Notes under the pieces: model-generated | What the model was told of the DNA's origin: nothing | What the model saw: the letters and a program-made list of their open reading frames with translations, nothing else | The model's database searches: none | Assembly (NCBI GenBank): GCA_003427395.1 | Contig: BFEA01000027.1 | Location: forward strand, 2,536,197-2,589,117 | DNA length: 52,921 bases | Direction: 5' to 3' | DNA from: Chara braunii | Lineage: Eukaryota > Plantae > Charophyceae | Translations under genes and position numbers: made by a program | In this document: positions 21,286 through 35,187 of the stretch, piece by piece | How positions within the stretch are numbered: the stretch's first letter is position 1 | Layout of the letters: each line of letters starts with the position of its first letter

Positions 21286-24200
21286 TTTTTTTCTTTTTTT
21301 TCTTTTTTTTTTCTTTTTCTTTTTTGAAACACACGTCCCCGTCAGTGCTAGTGGTGCTGATAAGAGCAGCCACCGCTAACACCTGGGGGGGCTCCGCGAC
21401 ACCTGCTGGAAACCGGGTCCAGGGTCCAGCGTCCCTTACATGGACAGAATTCGAACCATTTCATGAAAAGGAGATGCGGAATATACCTGTCAGCATTGCT
21501 TACCCTGGGGTCCAGGGGATTGACTGAGCAGGATGTTGGGGGGCGTGGAGGGGGGGGGGGGCGGGACCGCTTCACCCTGAACCTGGCGCCAGAAACCTGC
21601 TGCTACACCCTAGTTCCTCACATCCCCTCTCTGCCACAACCAACTTCATTGCCCCACCAGCTTCCCATTTATTCATTCAACTGTACCAGTCCGCTCTATA
21701 GCTGTGCATTGCCCATTCAGTCCGCTCCATACCATTGCATGTCCACCATTGCCAGCTGGTGAGGGGGGAAGGGGTCAGGAAAATTTGTTGCAGGTCTCAG
21801 CGGGATTTCCTGACCCACTGTAGTCCAATCCTTGAAGCAGATCCGGTAGTCCCTCCTGAGTCCTGAACTCCTCCTGGTTGCACCCCTGGGCAGGCTTTCC
21901 ATCCCATCTAACACCTGCAATCCAGCCCCCCTTCTCACTGCCCAACCAGTCCCCGGAGAATTGATGAATTGCTCGTGTTATATCTTGTGCTGAGTGAAAC
22001 AGGTTGAGTCGGTCTTTAACCTTCTGCCACTGTATCATGAGTTCTTGCTGAATATATTGCTGTATTGTCTCTGTTACCTCTTCCTCTTCTATGCGGACAC
22101 CCTCACTGGTATGTGTGCAACGTTTTCTCTAGAGGGCCCACATCACCGCCCTTCTCCCTAACCTGAACATGTTGTTTTTGAAAGTATTGTCAGTGGGGAA
22201 GGACCATGCTTCACATAATATGGCCCTCCAATCCCATGGCCAGTTAGACTCCGTGGCCAGTAGGGTCCAAATTCTGTCCCACCATCGCCACGTGAGAACT
22301 GCCCCTGGACACTGCATGAATATATGTTTTATGGTTTCCGGAATTATGTGGGAGGGGAACGCGTGTGGCACGATTTACACCATGGTAACGCCTGCCCCTT
22401 CTGCTCCAGCTATGTACGCTCGATCAGCCAATTACTTGTGGGCAGGCAGTGATGTTCAATCTTCCACTGCAGCGAGGCCATCTTTGCTGGCCTAGACCTT
22501 GTGGCGGTGAACCATCGGATGGGGTGGAGTTTCTCCATTCCTACGTTCAAGTGAGACCTTCACCGAGCCTTCACCTTTTCTTTTATGTTCACCTTTGGTC
22601 GTACCACCCGGTATGTGGCCTTCACCGTCAAAGTGTACAATTTTCGGTTCTTCCCTGTTCTATATTTTTGCGGAGGGGCCCACTACCATTCATCGGGGTC
22701 GCAGGGGAGTTCTATCACGGGGGTCTTTGGCTGGTAAGCTACCCACACATCTTTTTCCCGCAGCACCCGGATCCTGTGCAGGTCCAAATTTCTACACCAT
22801 CTCATTGCCTCTGGGTTATATCGGGTGAGGATATTATCCTTGTCTATGTGGAAGAGGTTGACCAGCGTCTCATCTATTCGCACTTCTACCATGTTGCCTA
22901 CACTTTTCGGGTCCCCCGGGGTGGCTACCCAATCCTCTTCAATTAACTGTGGTCCTCTGTGCAATATACACACCCAGTCCAGGGGAGCCGCAAAATTCAG
23001 CAGGTCTAGGTTTTCCTGGACCTTGTGGCAGTGTTTTAGTACGGTCTTTAACTAGGTGTTGTTTTCCAGTCCCACTTTTCTGTGTCCCATATGTCCTTTA
23101 TTCTGATTATGCCTCTTTTTACCCAACTGCTCCTTGGGGTGTCCGAGCTACAATATACCCTGCTGTGTCTGTCAGTAATCCTCCTGTTCCCGAAAAGAAG
23201 TTGTTGCATCATCTCCTCCCACCTTTTCGGCGAAGGTCTGTCAGGCAACGGGGAGTTGGCGCCAAGCCTACCCGAACCTAGAAATCATCCCTGAGCAAAT
23301 CTGAGCGGGCTCCGTCTCGGGATGGGGCTCGGTCTGTTCGGGGGCACCTTGGCACAGTCTAGAAACGGTCGTCCAGCCAAATCAGTGTGTTAACACCTTG
23401 CGGTGCTTGTGGGGCGAGACGCGCTATCTGTTCCAGTGCCAAGGCATACCATGGAAGGTGGTGGGTGAAGAGCAATCTTCTCACCCATTAAACAGTTAGT
23501 GCTACAATTTGGGTATCCGGGTTCAGAATCTGTTGGCCCCCTTTATATTTGGGCTGGATTACCGATGCCCAGGCTACCTTGCGAATCGCGTTCGGAAGCT
23601 CGCCGTTGCCTCTCCACAGCAGGGCTGTTAGTTGTATGTTTAGTGATATGACGACCTCCTTACAGAGGGACCAGATTGCAGATTTATACCAAAGGGCCGC
23701 CAGCACTACACTGTTAATCACCAGCGCCCTGCCTGTAAGGGAGGTGTGTTGGTCTTTCCGGCGAGCCAATTTCTTTAGGGCGAGCTTAAGGATCCACTCG
23801 TCATTTGATGCGGGTTTGCCTAAAGCCGTCAACGTAATTCGTAGCACTCTAACTGGGGACGTTTCCGGAAGCCATTTAACCTGTCGCGACTCCGGGGGGT
23901 GCACCCCTTAATGGTGGTTCCACCAACCCAAGGTTTTGCTTCCCCAATTGACGGTCATGTCCGAGACCATTGTAAATCGATGGAAGAGCAACTTGATTTC
24001 TTTCATGTTTGTGGCAGTGACATCGATCATGAGGGTAAGGTCATTCGCAAACAACGAGCAAACAGGGATCGCGTCGTTCGGGATGTTCGCGATCTGCAAC
24101 CTCTTCAGGTCTTTGCTAGCGCGAAGGTTTGTTGTCAGCGCCTCCATTACTGTTATAAAAACGAAAGGGGCCAAAGGATCCCCTTGGCGGACTGACCGTT

Positions 24201-24640
24201 GCAGCAGGAAGGCTGGCGCAATCCGAACATTGACCTGGACACTCGTTGCAGCATTTTTATGGAGTATTCCAGTCTAGCGCCGGAAGTCTGGTCCGATGTT
24301 CATTTTCTCCATACATTTGTCCAAAAAAGGCCACTCCACATGGTCATACGGTTTTTCGAAGTCAATGAAGACTATGGCCGCATTTCGCTTGTCTTGGCTT
24401 GTTAGTTTTTGAAGCTCATTGACTAACAGGATATTATCTTGGATCCTACGTCCTTTGACGAACCCGGTCTGCATCGGGTGAATAGTGTCATCCAAGATCG
24501 GGATTAGACGGTTTGCCAGAGCTTTTGCAAGCATTTTGTAAACGACTGTAAGCAAGGTTATCGGGCGGTAATTCCTAATGTCCATCTTGTCCCCTTTTTT
24601 GTGTAACAAGGTCAGAACGCCTTATCCTACCAACTCCCCC
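21286..24640 (-). mobile_element. 5'-truncated L1/Tx1-type LINE, degraded
   Basis: Minus-strand RT: LHKKGDKMDIRNYRPITLL..YK.LAK.LANRL, QTGFVKGR.I.DN, IDFEKPYD.VEW, RQGDPLAP, LFAND. Then SLTGRALVINSV, KVAW.....PK.KGG and zf-RVT-like ETIKHIFMQC. A-rich tail at 21286-21325. Confidence 0.9.
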
Positions 24641-24678
24641 ATCCGTCCTGTTCTACAGGATCTCAAATTTTCAGGTTT

Positions 24679-25272
24679 TTTTTTTTTTTTTTTAACATCT
24701 TCCCCACCAGTGTTAGTGGTGCTGATAAGAGCAGACACCACTACACCTGGGGAGAGGCTCCATCTATTGGTGGGGAGCATCACCTGCTGGAAAGCAGGTT
24801 CAGCGTCCCGTTTACAGACTGAAAGTACATTAGAGAAACAATTTTGGGAGGTTCCTGCCAGCATTGATTGCTCTGGAAACCCAGGGGATTGACTGAGTAG
24901 GGCATGAAAAAGAAAAAGAAAAAAAAATGGGAGAGGGGGAGAACCTCTTCGCCCAGAACCGGGCGCCAGATACTTGCAGCTACGCAGTAGCTCCTCCCTC
25001 CCCCTATCAGCCCTAATCCCAACTGTCAATTCCTTTTTCTCAAGAAACTATGATTGAGGAGGACGCCTGCCAGCATTGATTACTCTGTCTCCAGAGGATT
25101 GACTGTGCAGGTTGTTGGGATAAGGGGATAAACCTCCTCACCCTGTACCAAGTGCCAGATTCCTACTGCTAAGAGACTAGTTCCTCCCTCTCCCAACTCC
25201 CCTTTACCCTCTTTGTTTCACTCTCATGAAGGCTACTGATTACTGGAAACAGGGTCCAGCATCCCATCATAG
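24679..25272 (-). mobile_element. Non-autonomous retroposon built from LINE 3'-UTR pieces
   Basis: Poly(A) at 24679-24693, then sequence similar to LINE 3' UTR 21330-21620, partly repeated again at ~25060-25210 and ~25240-25265. 14-bp TSD AAATTTTCAGGTTT (24665-24678 and 25273-25286). Confidence 0.8.
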
Positions 25273-26638
25273 AAATTTTCAGGTTTCTTGAACTTTCTTC
25301 ATTAATTTTTCCAAGTGCGAAAAATCACCAAAGTTGGCGCTTGAAAATTGAGGGACTGGACCCGCCTGTACCTGCTGGTCTTTCGGCGCCCCCAACTTTC
25401 CAGGTATCCTACGTTAGGCTGTTGGGAATAGGGGGTTTAAACCACCAGTAGCCCACCCACCTATTTTTCTCCGACGTGGCCGTTAACGTGCCGAGTTGGA
25501 CGGGGGTTGTTGCAGTGAACGGCCGGTCGCAGCGAAAGTGCGTGAAAAACGGAAAAAAAAAAAAAAAAAGTATCTACTTTTTTGACTTGCCTGATGTCGG
25601 GGAAGGTACTTCTAGAGGTCGTGGTGACTACTTTTCTTTGCGTGCTGTACCTCACTGCTATATCGGTGCGATTCAAAATGTCGTTTGTTTCATTTGTTTT
25701 GTTCTTTTCTTTTCTTTAGATTTCCCTGCCAACGAGGCACGGCGTCTCCTGTGACAAGTGCAAACGCCCTCGTTGAGGGCAACAGTCCAACTGGTACATC
25801 AGAGGATATATCCAACCCCGTTTCACGGCCAAAGCAGCATTTCCTTTGTTTGTGTGTCCTTTTGTGTCTCCTTTTGCTTCCAAGATTCTGACAACCCGGG
25901 GACGATTTCTTTTTTTGTCTTCTTCTACGTTCTAGATTCTCACGCCCTCATTGAGAGCATGCTCACACTACCACTTCCCATAATGTATCGACCTGCATTT
26001 ATGCTACGTTTTGTTTTTGTTTTTCCCTACTGCTTCTTCCGGGCTCGACCTGTCTGGCTACTAATACCTCCAGGCTTGGCAGGTTCAGCATAGCGTTTCC
26101 CCGAGGGTCGGACTGCATAGCTGGGCGAGGTACTGGTGGTGATTTGTAAGCCACCACGGGGGCTGGTCTTGCTCGACGGTAATATCTCGAGGCCGTTGTC
26201 TTCCTGTTGTCTTCCTACACATTGATTTTGCTGCCGCACGGGCCACGTCCAAACTTGCGCAATTGCAGTGTCGGCCCGCTGGCATCACAATCGTATCAAT
26301 GCTCGCGGGATGGTCTGCTCGATGGTAATATCTCAAGGCCTTTGTCTTGAGACATGGACCCAGCAGGGGTTCACTGGGATGGATCAAGGAGGTGCAGTGA
26401 GGCGTCCTTTTTCCCCTTTCACGCACACTCCAGTTGCCTGCCGCGGTTCCTTTTTTCAGCAGGGGGAGTAAAAGGCAGAGGCCAAAGGAACAACCTTGAG
26501 CCATTCACCCAGTTGTGGAGCCACCCTCTCGTCTCCTCTTGTTTCTTGCACTATTGAGCATGATTTTGCTGTTCTGCCTCCTCGTAATCAACCTTTTTTT
26601 TTTAAGGCGGTCTGTTGTATGATTGTCTCGAACATGAA

Positions 26639-26828
26639 ACACACACACACACACACACAAACACACACACGCACACACACACACACACGCACACACACAC
26701 ACACACGAGTCGGTGAAAATCCAACGAAACAGTCTGGTACGGTCATGCTTTTTTTGAGTGTATAGCGAATATGACAACACACACACACACACATACACAC
26801 ACACGCACACACACACGCACACACACAC
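26639..26828. repeat. (CA)n microsatellites
   Basis: Direct inspection. Confidence 0.9.
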
Positions 26829-28487
26829 GCGCGCATACAGTTAAGAGCCACTGGGAGGAGTGTGGACTGAGCCACCGGGCTCACGGGACTAGCAGGCTCA
26901 GCGGTCGGGAGCACACCAATCTTCCCCGCGAATTGGCGCGGTGATTGGGTTTTTCCTTTTTCTTTTCTTTTCTTCTTTTTTTCCCCTTTTTTTTCTTTTT
27001 TCCTTCTCTTGTTTTCTTTTTTTCTTTTTTTCTTTTTTTCTTTTTTTTTTCTTTTTTTCTTTTTCTCCCCCCTTTTTTTTTCCTTTTTCTGATTTCCTTC
27101 TCTTCCTTTTTCTGGCCCCTTTTTCCGTTCCCTTTTTTTTCTTCTTCTTTTTTTGTTGTTCTTTTTTTATTTTCGCTATGAACTGGGCTAATAAAAGACG
27201 TTCTGGGGCATTTTTTTGCCACTCAATCCCCCCCTGTGTGCTATAATCAACCAGGTACAGACGGCGGGAGCATCTCGCTCTCGGATTATGACGAGGACAG
27301 TTTACTACGAGGATGTGGGACGCGTGGGACCACAGACAGACCCCTGTTGCATTGACCCTAGGTTCCTTTTCCCCCCCCTCTTTTTCCTTGTTCCTTGTTG
27401 TGTTTTCTTTTTTTACTTTTTTCCTTTTTTCCTTTTTTCTGATAACTTTTTTTGACCATAGGATCGGGGTACTAAACGGATGGATAGGAGTGGTAGCTTC
27501 CAGCATAAGATTGCTATTCCTAGTTGGGCACCGTGACTATTTCAGAAAAGAACACAAACATTTTATTCATCGGACCACCGTGCGGTAATCATTTCTGACA
27601 ACTGGTAGTGCATGGTGCGTTCCGGTTTTGCGCTGTGCGATGGTTGGGCTGGATAGTGAGCGGTATGGACTTCTTCGCCAACTTGGACCTAGAGGAGGAA
27701 CAGCAGGAACTCGAGGAAGTGGTAATGTCCCCGACGAGCCGCACTCTCCCCGACCAGGCCCTCGCAACCCCATGCCTAGGCACGCCCTAACCAAGCGCCA
27801 TGCAGACCGCTTCCACCTGCCCCGCCGAATCTGCTGCGCCTCACCCATGCCCCCTCGTTGGTAGCATTGTCTTCTCGCTCCCCTTCCTCCTTGCGCTGCT
27901 CCCGAATCTCGCCATAGCCTGCACGCTCCTTGCTGCATGTCTCTCCGAGCAAGTGTTTCTTCGTCTTTCCGCTAGGCGCTTTGCGCCGCTGATCGGAAGC
28001 GTCATTTGCTTCCTGACACTCTTCCTCGCATGCTGCTGCTGCCTTTTCTTTGAGCTTGGCGCCGCGCGAGGATTTTCGGTCTAGCTAGGAAGAGCGGCAT
28101 GGAGCGGAGCGATGGAGCATAGGGCAGCAGCCGAGGCCTCGTCTTGTGCTTTTTTGGCATTTTTCTCCTTCCTCTCCTTCCTCTCCTTCCTCTCCTTTTT
28201 CTGCTTCATCCACTCCCTTCCCTATCCCCTACCGAATGGACCCCCCTTCCCCCTCTCCCCCTTGACAGAACTCCCCCCTCGACCCCAAAACCGACCATCA
28301 TCCTTGAATCGCAACACCCCCCCTCGCCCCCCCTCACCCCCATCGCCTTCCAAAGATCATGGAAGATGTTGCCCCCTCTGATGACGCCCCACGTAGCATG
28401 GGGCAGAAAAGCGCTTCAGGGTTTTGCCACACCCTTCCCGCAGTTTCGGCGAGATGATCCGCGCGGATGCAGGAGCGCTTTGGATCT

Positions 28488-29481
28488 NNNNNNNNNNNNN
28501 NNNNNNNNNNNNNNNNNNNNNNNNNNNNNNNNNNNNNNNNNNNNNNNNNNNNNNNNNNNNNNNNNNNNNNNNNNNNNNNNNNNNNNNNNNNNNNNNNNNN
28601 NNNNNNNNNNNNNNNNNNNNNNNNNNNNNNNNNNNNNNNNNNNNNNNNNNNNNNNNNNNNNNNNNNNNNNNNNNNNNNNNNNNNNNNNNNNNNNNNNNNN
28701 NNNNNNNNNNNNNNNNNNNNNNNNNNNNNNNNNNNNNNNNNNNNNNNNNNNNNNNNNNNNNNNNNNNNNNNNNNNNNNNNNNNNNNNNNNNNNNNNNNNN
28801 NNNNNNNNNNNNNNNNNNNNNNNNNNNNNNNNNNNNNNNNNNNNNNNNNNNNNNNNNNNNNNNNNNNNNNNNNNNNNNNNNNNNNNNNNNNNNNNNNNNN
28901 NNNNNNNNNNNNNNNNNNNNNNNNNNNNNNNNNNNNNNNNNNNNNNNNNNNNNNNNNNNNNNNNNNNNNNNNNNNNNNNNNNNNNNNNNNNNNNNNNNNN
29001 NNNNNNNNNNNNNNNNNNNNNNNNNNNNNNNNNNNNNNNNNNNNNNNNNNNNNNNNNNNNNNNNNNNNNNNNNNNNNNNNNNNNNNNNNNNNNNNNNNNN
29101 NNNNNNNNNNNNNNNNNNNNNNNNNNNNNNNNNNNNNNNNNNNNNNNNNNNNNNNNNNNNNNNNNNNNNNNNNNNNNNNNNNNNNNNNNNNNNNNNNNNN
29201 NNNNNNNNNNNNNNNNNNNNNNNNNNNNNNNNNNNNNNNNNNNNNNNNNNNNNNNNNNNNNNNNNNNNNNNNNNNNNNNNNNNNNNNNNNNNNNNNNNNN
29301 NNNNNNNNNNNNNNNNNNNNNNNNNNNNNNNNNNNNNNNNNNNNNNNNNNNNNNNNNNNNNNNNNNNNNNNNNNNNNNNNNNNNNNNNNNNNNNNNNNNN
29401 NNNNNNNNNNNNNNNNNNNNNNNNNNNNNNNNNNNNNNNNNNNNNNNNNNNNNNNNNNNNNNNNNNNNNNNNNNNNNNNNN
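28488..29481. other. Assembly gap followed by long poly-T
   Basis: N run. Confidence 1.
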
Positions 29482-29542
<61 letters not shown>

Positions 29543-31522
29543 CCAACAATGCTCTAAGTGAGCATTCAAAGGAGATTGTGTTGAGAATCTTGAGATCTGA
29601 TATATTTCGATGAGAAGTATAGCACTTGCTAGTAGCTGGCGACTTTGTGAGTTGGGATTAAAGATCATTAAACCACCAGTCCAAATGCCCTGTCACTGTC
29701 ACTGTTAGATTTTTCTTGTAAATGAATAGCTAATTTATTTTTGTCATGTGTTATTTTATGAATTTTCTGTTAGTAAATGAATAATATAGCAATGTCTTCA
29801 GTGGTAAGGCAAGGCTAGGTCTGGAGTGCAAGGCTAGGTCTGGAGTGAAAAGGCCGGTGACAGCAATGTCTTCAGTGGTAAGGCAGGCTAGGTCTGGACT
29901 ACAAAAAAATCGGAAAAAGAAAAAAAGAGGACCAGGGTTGGGCTACACTATTTATTGAGAACAGCCGAAGACGCCCTGGGGCTGTGCCTCACTGCCGGGG
30001 CCCTCATCTTAGAAAGAAACGAAACACAAGAAGAAAGAAAAGAAAAGAAAGAAAACAAAAAAATGGATTTGGATGGAATAGCGGTCATCAGTTCATAACC
30101 GTCATATGCATTATGCATTTTGGGAAGTGCTAGTGCGAGTATTCTCTCATTGAGAGGCTTTACCTACCAGCGTGGAATAAGGAATCATGCCAATAAGATT
30201 ACAAAATAACAAAAGTAAAAGTGACAAAGATGAAAAAAAATTGTTGTTTAACTGCTGGTACACCACTTTCGGTGGCACAATGGCACGACACTAAAAACGA
30301 GAGAAGAGACAAGGAAAGAAAGAGAAACAAATGTCTTTTACTTCAAAATGCTTTGGTCTGAGATCATAGAGTTTGCTTCAAAATGCTTATGTTTTTCAAG
30401 TTTTCAACTTTTTCTGTTTTAAATTTAAATGTGACTACTGATCATTACTCTGATTTATATGATTTTTGTGTAATATTATTTTCGAGCATAAAACATAATG
30501 TGTCCTCACGGTCAAGGTGCATTGGAAAAAAAAAAACGTGAATCACATAAGGTAATCCTCTGAATTTTTCAATTCTCTCTCTCTCTCTCTCTCTCTTCTT
30601 TTTTTTTTTTTTTTTTTTGCTCCGAGTTCATATTGAAGTTTCAAAGTTTACTTTAACCTTACTATTTTGCCACGCATACTGTTTTACAAAATTACTATGG
30701 GTAGCCCCACAGAGGGGTACCGTTTTTATAAAGTGAGCAGGCTAACATGATTAATCGTCTGTTTTTTTTTTTTTGTTTGTTTTCTTCCAAAACTAGATAA
30801 TACTAATCGAGGTCCATGGCAGCGAGCGTTAGTTGGGATCTTGCTGTTCTAAAAATGTCCATTGATTTTCTTAAGGCACGATGCTGTCGAGGGTGATTAA
30901 AGAGGACCTCGCTATTGGAAACCCCAACTCCGCAGATAAGGATAAAGCCTATAAGGTACTGGTTTCTGAAAGCGGCTGACCGTAAATGGGGTGAGAGACT
31001 GTGTGTTATAACTTGAAGGGCAAAAATGCAAAAATGCTAGCGTGAGGAGGCATTTGAGGGTTTTCTTTTTCTAAGAAGGGTATTTTTGGGCTTGCGGCGG
31101 AATATGTCATGAGTATGTTGTAACTGCTTAGTTGCACTTCACTATTTTCTTCCGAAGTCTCTTCCGAAGTCTAAAGGGCAAAAGGGAAATTATAATTTCG
31201 CGTGTATTCTCTTGTGCGAATGTCTGAAAGGCTGCAAGTGAGGTCTTAAGAGTTTGTGTCGGAGAGAGGCTCGAGGGGCGTTGAGAACAACAATAGTAAG
31301 ATAGTTCTACACTCGAGCCTCTCTCCGACACAATGACACATCAGTAGATGAGCGTTCTAGGAAGATTGCCGTCATTTCTTTTTTCAAGAGATGCGTATTC
31401 CTATTTTTAGACTTTTTAAAAGTTTTTTAGTATTTTATGAAAAAGGATGATAGCAAGCATGAAAAAAAGCTTCATAGTTGTTATTCGGACTTATACTTTG
31501 TAAAACTTACAAGTTACAACTC

Positions 31523-31559
<37 letters not shown>

Positions 31560-31561
<2 letters not shown>

Positions 31562-31709
31562 GCCACCAGCACTTGGCCCAGCTATGGATGCCGAGCCTGA
31601 AATGCCCCTGCTTTTGCCGGAGCGCCAGGGTAACGTTTCAATTTTTTTTTGGCTGGCGCTTCCAGCCATTGTGGTCCAGGCCAATAGCTGGGCCAAGTAC
31701 TGGTGGTTT
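31560..31709. mobile_element. MITE, RCCACCAGTAC-terminus family
   Basis: ~26-bp TIRs AAGCCACCAGCACTTGGCCCAGCTAT / ATAGCTGGGCCAAGTACTGGTGGTTT. Confidence 0.7.
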
Positions 31710-32843
31710 AAACAGCCAGGAATAGGGTCCGGCGCCCCTTATATTTGATTGCCAGGAATTGGGCCTGACATCATAACTCTCTGTAGATTAGTTTTGTCTT
31801 TTGTGTCATGGGAGCAACAAAATGCGACTTTCGGGGTTTTTTGGCATGATTTCCAGCTTCAGTGTTTTACGGTCATTTATTACAACATGCATGATCACTC
31901 TTGAAAACCGAAAAACAGGGCACTAAGTTAAATTTCACGAAATACATATTACGGTAGGAAGATTTCATACCCGGCCGGGCACCCGGGTATTACGCGCGGG
32001 GTACCCGGGCCTGCAAAAAAGAAAAGAATGTATGTTTTTGCCTTTCTGCGCTCTCCCAGAAGACCCCAAATCCCAGTGTGATGTTGTTATTTTCTTTCTC
32101 ATCTCCAATCCGGCGAGGAATTCTGATGTGACCCTCAGCCAAAAGTTGTTCGTATTGCAATTCTACACAACACTTTTTTTTTGTTCTGGAAGTTTTGGAC
32201 TTTCATTTTTATTTTTTTTTATTTTTTTTATTTTTTTTATTTTTTTATTATTTTTTTGTTTGCGCTAGGGCTGCCCGGAGCCCTGCCCGGGGGTCATGCC
32301 CGGGCGGCTACCCGGGCGTGTATCCGGGCACAAGTTGGGTGCCCGGGCGCCCGGAAAAACAACCTAAATAATATACGTAAAATAAAAATAAAAATAAAAT
32401 AAAATAAAATGAATGTATATTTTATCATTTTGTTTTATGCAAAAAAGTTGAAAAACTCGGCTTACACATCCGAGTATCCAAGCGCCCCCGTTATCTGGGT
32501 ACCCGGCCATAAAGAGCTATGAGAGGCCAGTCAATGCTTTGGGTCGCGTAAGATTTTTGACTTGAGGAGCAGAGCCGTTGCTTACTACGGTAAGTAGCCA
32601 TCCCTACAGACCAGACAATACGGGTTCGGCTGTGGAGTCTGACCGTCGAAGCACCACATCCAATTCTCACAATTGCAGTTGTCGAATGGCATGGCGTAGA
32701 GAGAAGTCACATGCTATGTGCTTCCTATACATGCTAGGAGCACAGAGGCATGCCAACCGCAATCGCATAGGCATTGCTGTTGCAGCCCCTAACTACAAAT
32801 TGGGCATGACACATCCGAGTATCGGACACGAGTGCAATGTTAA

Positions 32844-32997
32844 ACCACCAGTACTTGGCCCAGCTATCGGCCATTGAAGAAAAAAAATAGAGTAGAAACG
32901 CTTCTGGTTGGATGAATTTGGGCGCTCCTGCAGTGGCCCGTACGTTTCCTAAAATCGTGGCGCGTTAACGGGCACGGCTTTAGGAAGTACTGGTGGC
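32844..32997. mobile_element. TTAA-flanked MITE, same family
   Basis: TTAA|ACCACCAGTACTT ... AAGTACTGGTGGC|TTAA, with an internal palindrome centred on CGTTAACG. Confidence 0.75.
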
Positions 32998-33643
32998 TTA
33001 ACTGTTGTCATACGTATGAAAGGAAAAACTCACATCGACTATGCCTTCGTCATGCTCACGACACAAGGCGCGCAAATCACATGCGAGCCAAACATCAAGT
33101 GTGCAATTGTAGAACGACATTGAGCAAGTTTCGTGATTTTGCGCCGTCGTTATTTCCTCTGTGTGGATAGACGACAACGGGAACGTGGACTGATACAAAG
33201 CATGAGTTTAGCTGTTGCAGGATTCGGTCTGCAACAATTCGCCCTGGTGGTGATTAAGCGCTCAGTAAAATGTTTATATGATAGTCCATTTTCATCCTCA
33301 GGCTGCTGCAGCGGTTGTTCGTTTGACGAGCATGAAGGAGATCCGACTGCAGTCGCGGCAGCTGTACACCGAGCGTTGCATGCAGAATATTTTAGGAGAG
33401 GATGTGGTGAGTGATGTTATCGGGACAATCCGCGCAGTAGAGATACATCCCTTCTGTGATAGCTTCCCCGAAACATTGACGACACACGTTGGGAGGAAAG
33501 CAGGCTGATGTTCACAGTTACTTAAGAATGGCATGTCAAGGCCGCAACGAAATTTTGTGTGCTGTCATGACTGCTGTACACAACTCCACGAAGCAAGCAT
33601 GACTGTGCCAGTCTGTTCCGTTGGACTTTCACCGACTCGTTAG

Positions 33644-33645
<2 letters not shown>

Positions 33646-33736
<91 letters not shown>

Positions 33737-33757
33737 AGAAGTGTGTGTGTGTGTGTN

Positions 33758-33818
<61 letters not shown>
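33646..33818. repeat. (GT)n(GA)n compound microsatellite, duplicated
   Basis: Direct inspection. Confidence 0.9.
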
Positions 33819-33824
<6 letters not shown>

Positions 33825-35143
33825 CATGAACCAGCAGCTCGTGGATAGGGCTGTGGGCTTTGAGCTCGTGGATATATTCTCCACGTATACGCCCGCCGCC
33901 AGCTTGAGACGTGGACAGTAACGTATGGCCCGGAATGGGACCGGCTTCACGTATCAAGTCCGTTATCCTAACCTTACCTTCTGCTTCATCGAAGCCGTTC
34001 TTCGACTTTCGCGTGCTGCTTTCAGGCATGACCTATCACTAGCTGTCGGCTTTGAGGGGTTCTGGGAGGAACTCCAGAGTTGGATTGATAATTCCCATTG
34101 ACCTTACCTTAACAGGATATCATGTGCAGCATCCCGGCACGCATGGAAGACCTGGCGGAGGTGCTGGTGGTTGAGAAGCGAGCCAGGGTACGAGAGAGAA
34201 AGGACAAAGACAATGCGTATTGCGTTCTAGATTATGGTGTGTTGAAGCTGAGTTGGACATCACCTTTCAAATTTCAAAAGCAATTTGATTAAGTAGAACA
34301 GGGAGAGAAAGGGTGGAAGGTGATTGCTGCGACAAACGGAGAGTGACATCAACACGAAAAGACAAAGCGGGTACAGGCCAGTTGACATCAACATACAGAG
34401 GGCATGAGCATTGGACAGCCGTTGAAAGAGAAGAGAGCAAAGCCATCTTTTCACCTTTCCCTCACGGTACTATGGACATCAGCATGGAAAGAGAGTGCTT
34501 TCGAAGCAGGTGGCAAGTTTTCATCATGTGCTGGCTGTATCACAGCATCTCAAAAGAGGCCGGTCGTCGAGGTAGAGTCGAACAGCTTGGAAGTATTGTC
34601 GAGGCGGGTCCATCTGAAATTATGGATGACACTGTGGTATGCTACTATGCATGTCTGCAGCAGATTGCGGAATGAAACAGGGTTCACCAGGATCCTCGGT
34701 GGTAATGGATGCCACAGATACATAGTGGTAGCAGAGAGTGAAATTTTGAAAAGGATAGTATGCGCTAGATCTTCGCACATAAGCTTGACAATCAAAGGGA
34801 ATTTCAGCTGTTTGGATGGCTGTTTGTCCTGCGGAGTGATGGGCGGGATGTCGTTTCTGGCAATGTATTCACCCTGTACAGTATGATAGTTAAGTTCGAA
34901 GATGAGAAATAAAGGTATTGCTGTTATGATTCAGCTGCCTGCCCATCCATTACATGAAGGCTGTGAACTCCTCTGTGACTAAACAACACACTTGCATCCG
35001 TGCAAAGTCACAAACTCATGAGTCACACTTACAGGGACAGGAGACTCATGGTACTCATCTGTGACTTACGAGTCACACAAAATTGTACTGCAGTTACAGA
35101 GGAGTCATGCTCCTCATCTGTGAGTTTAACTTCTGCTTTCCAC

Positions 35144-35145
<2 letters not shown>

Positions 35146-35187
<42 letters not shown>

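Noticed and set aside
28144-29668. ORFs of 364-489 aa
   Set aside because: Artefacts of the N gap and poly-T.
31970-32355. CCCGGG-rich clusters, and CCGAAC/GTTCG clusters at 40311-40730, as hAT-type MITEs
   Set aside because: Subterminal-like repeats are visible, but I could not define convincing TIRs or a TSD.
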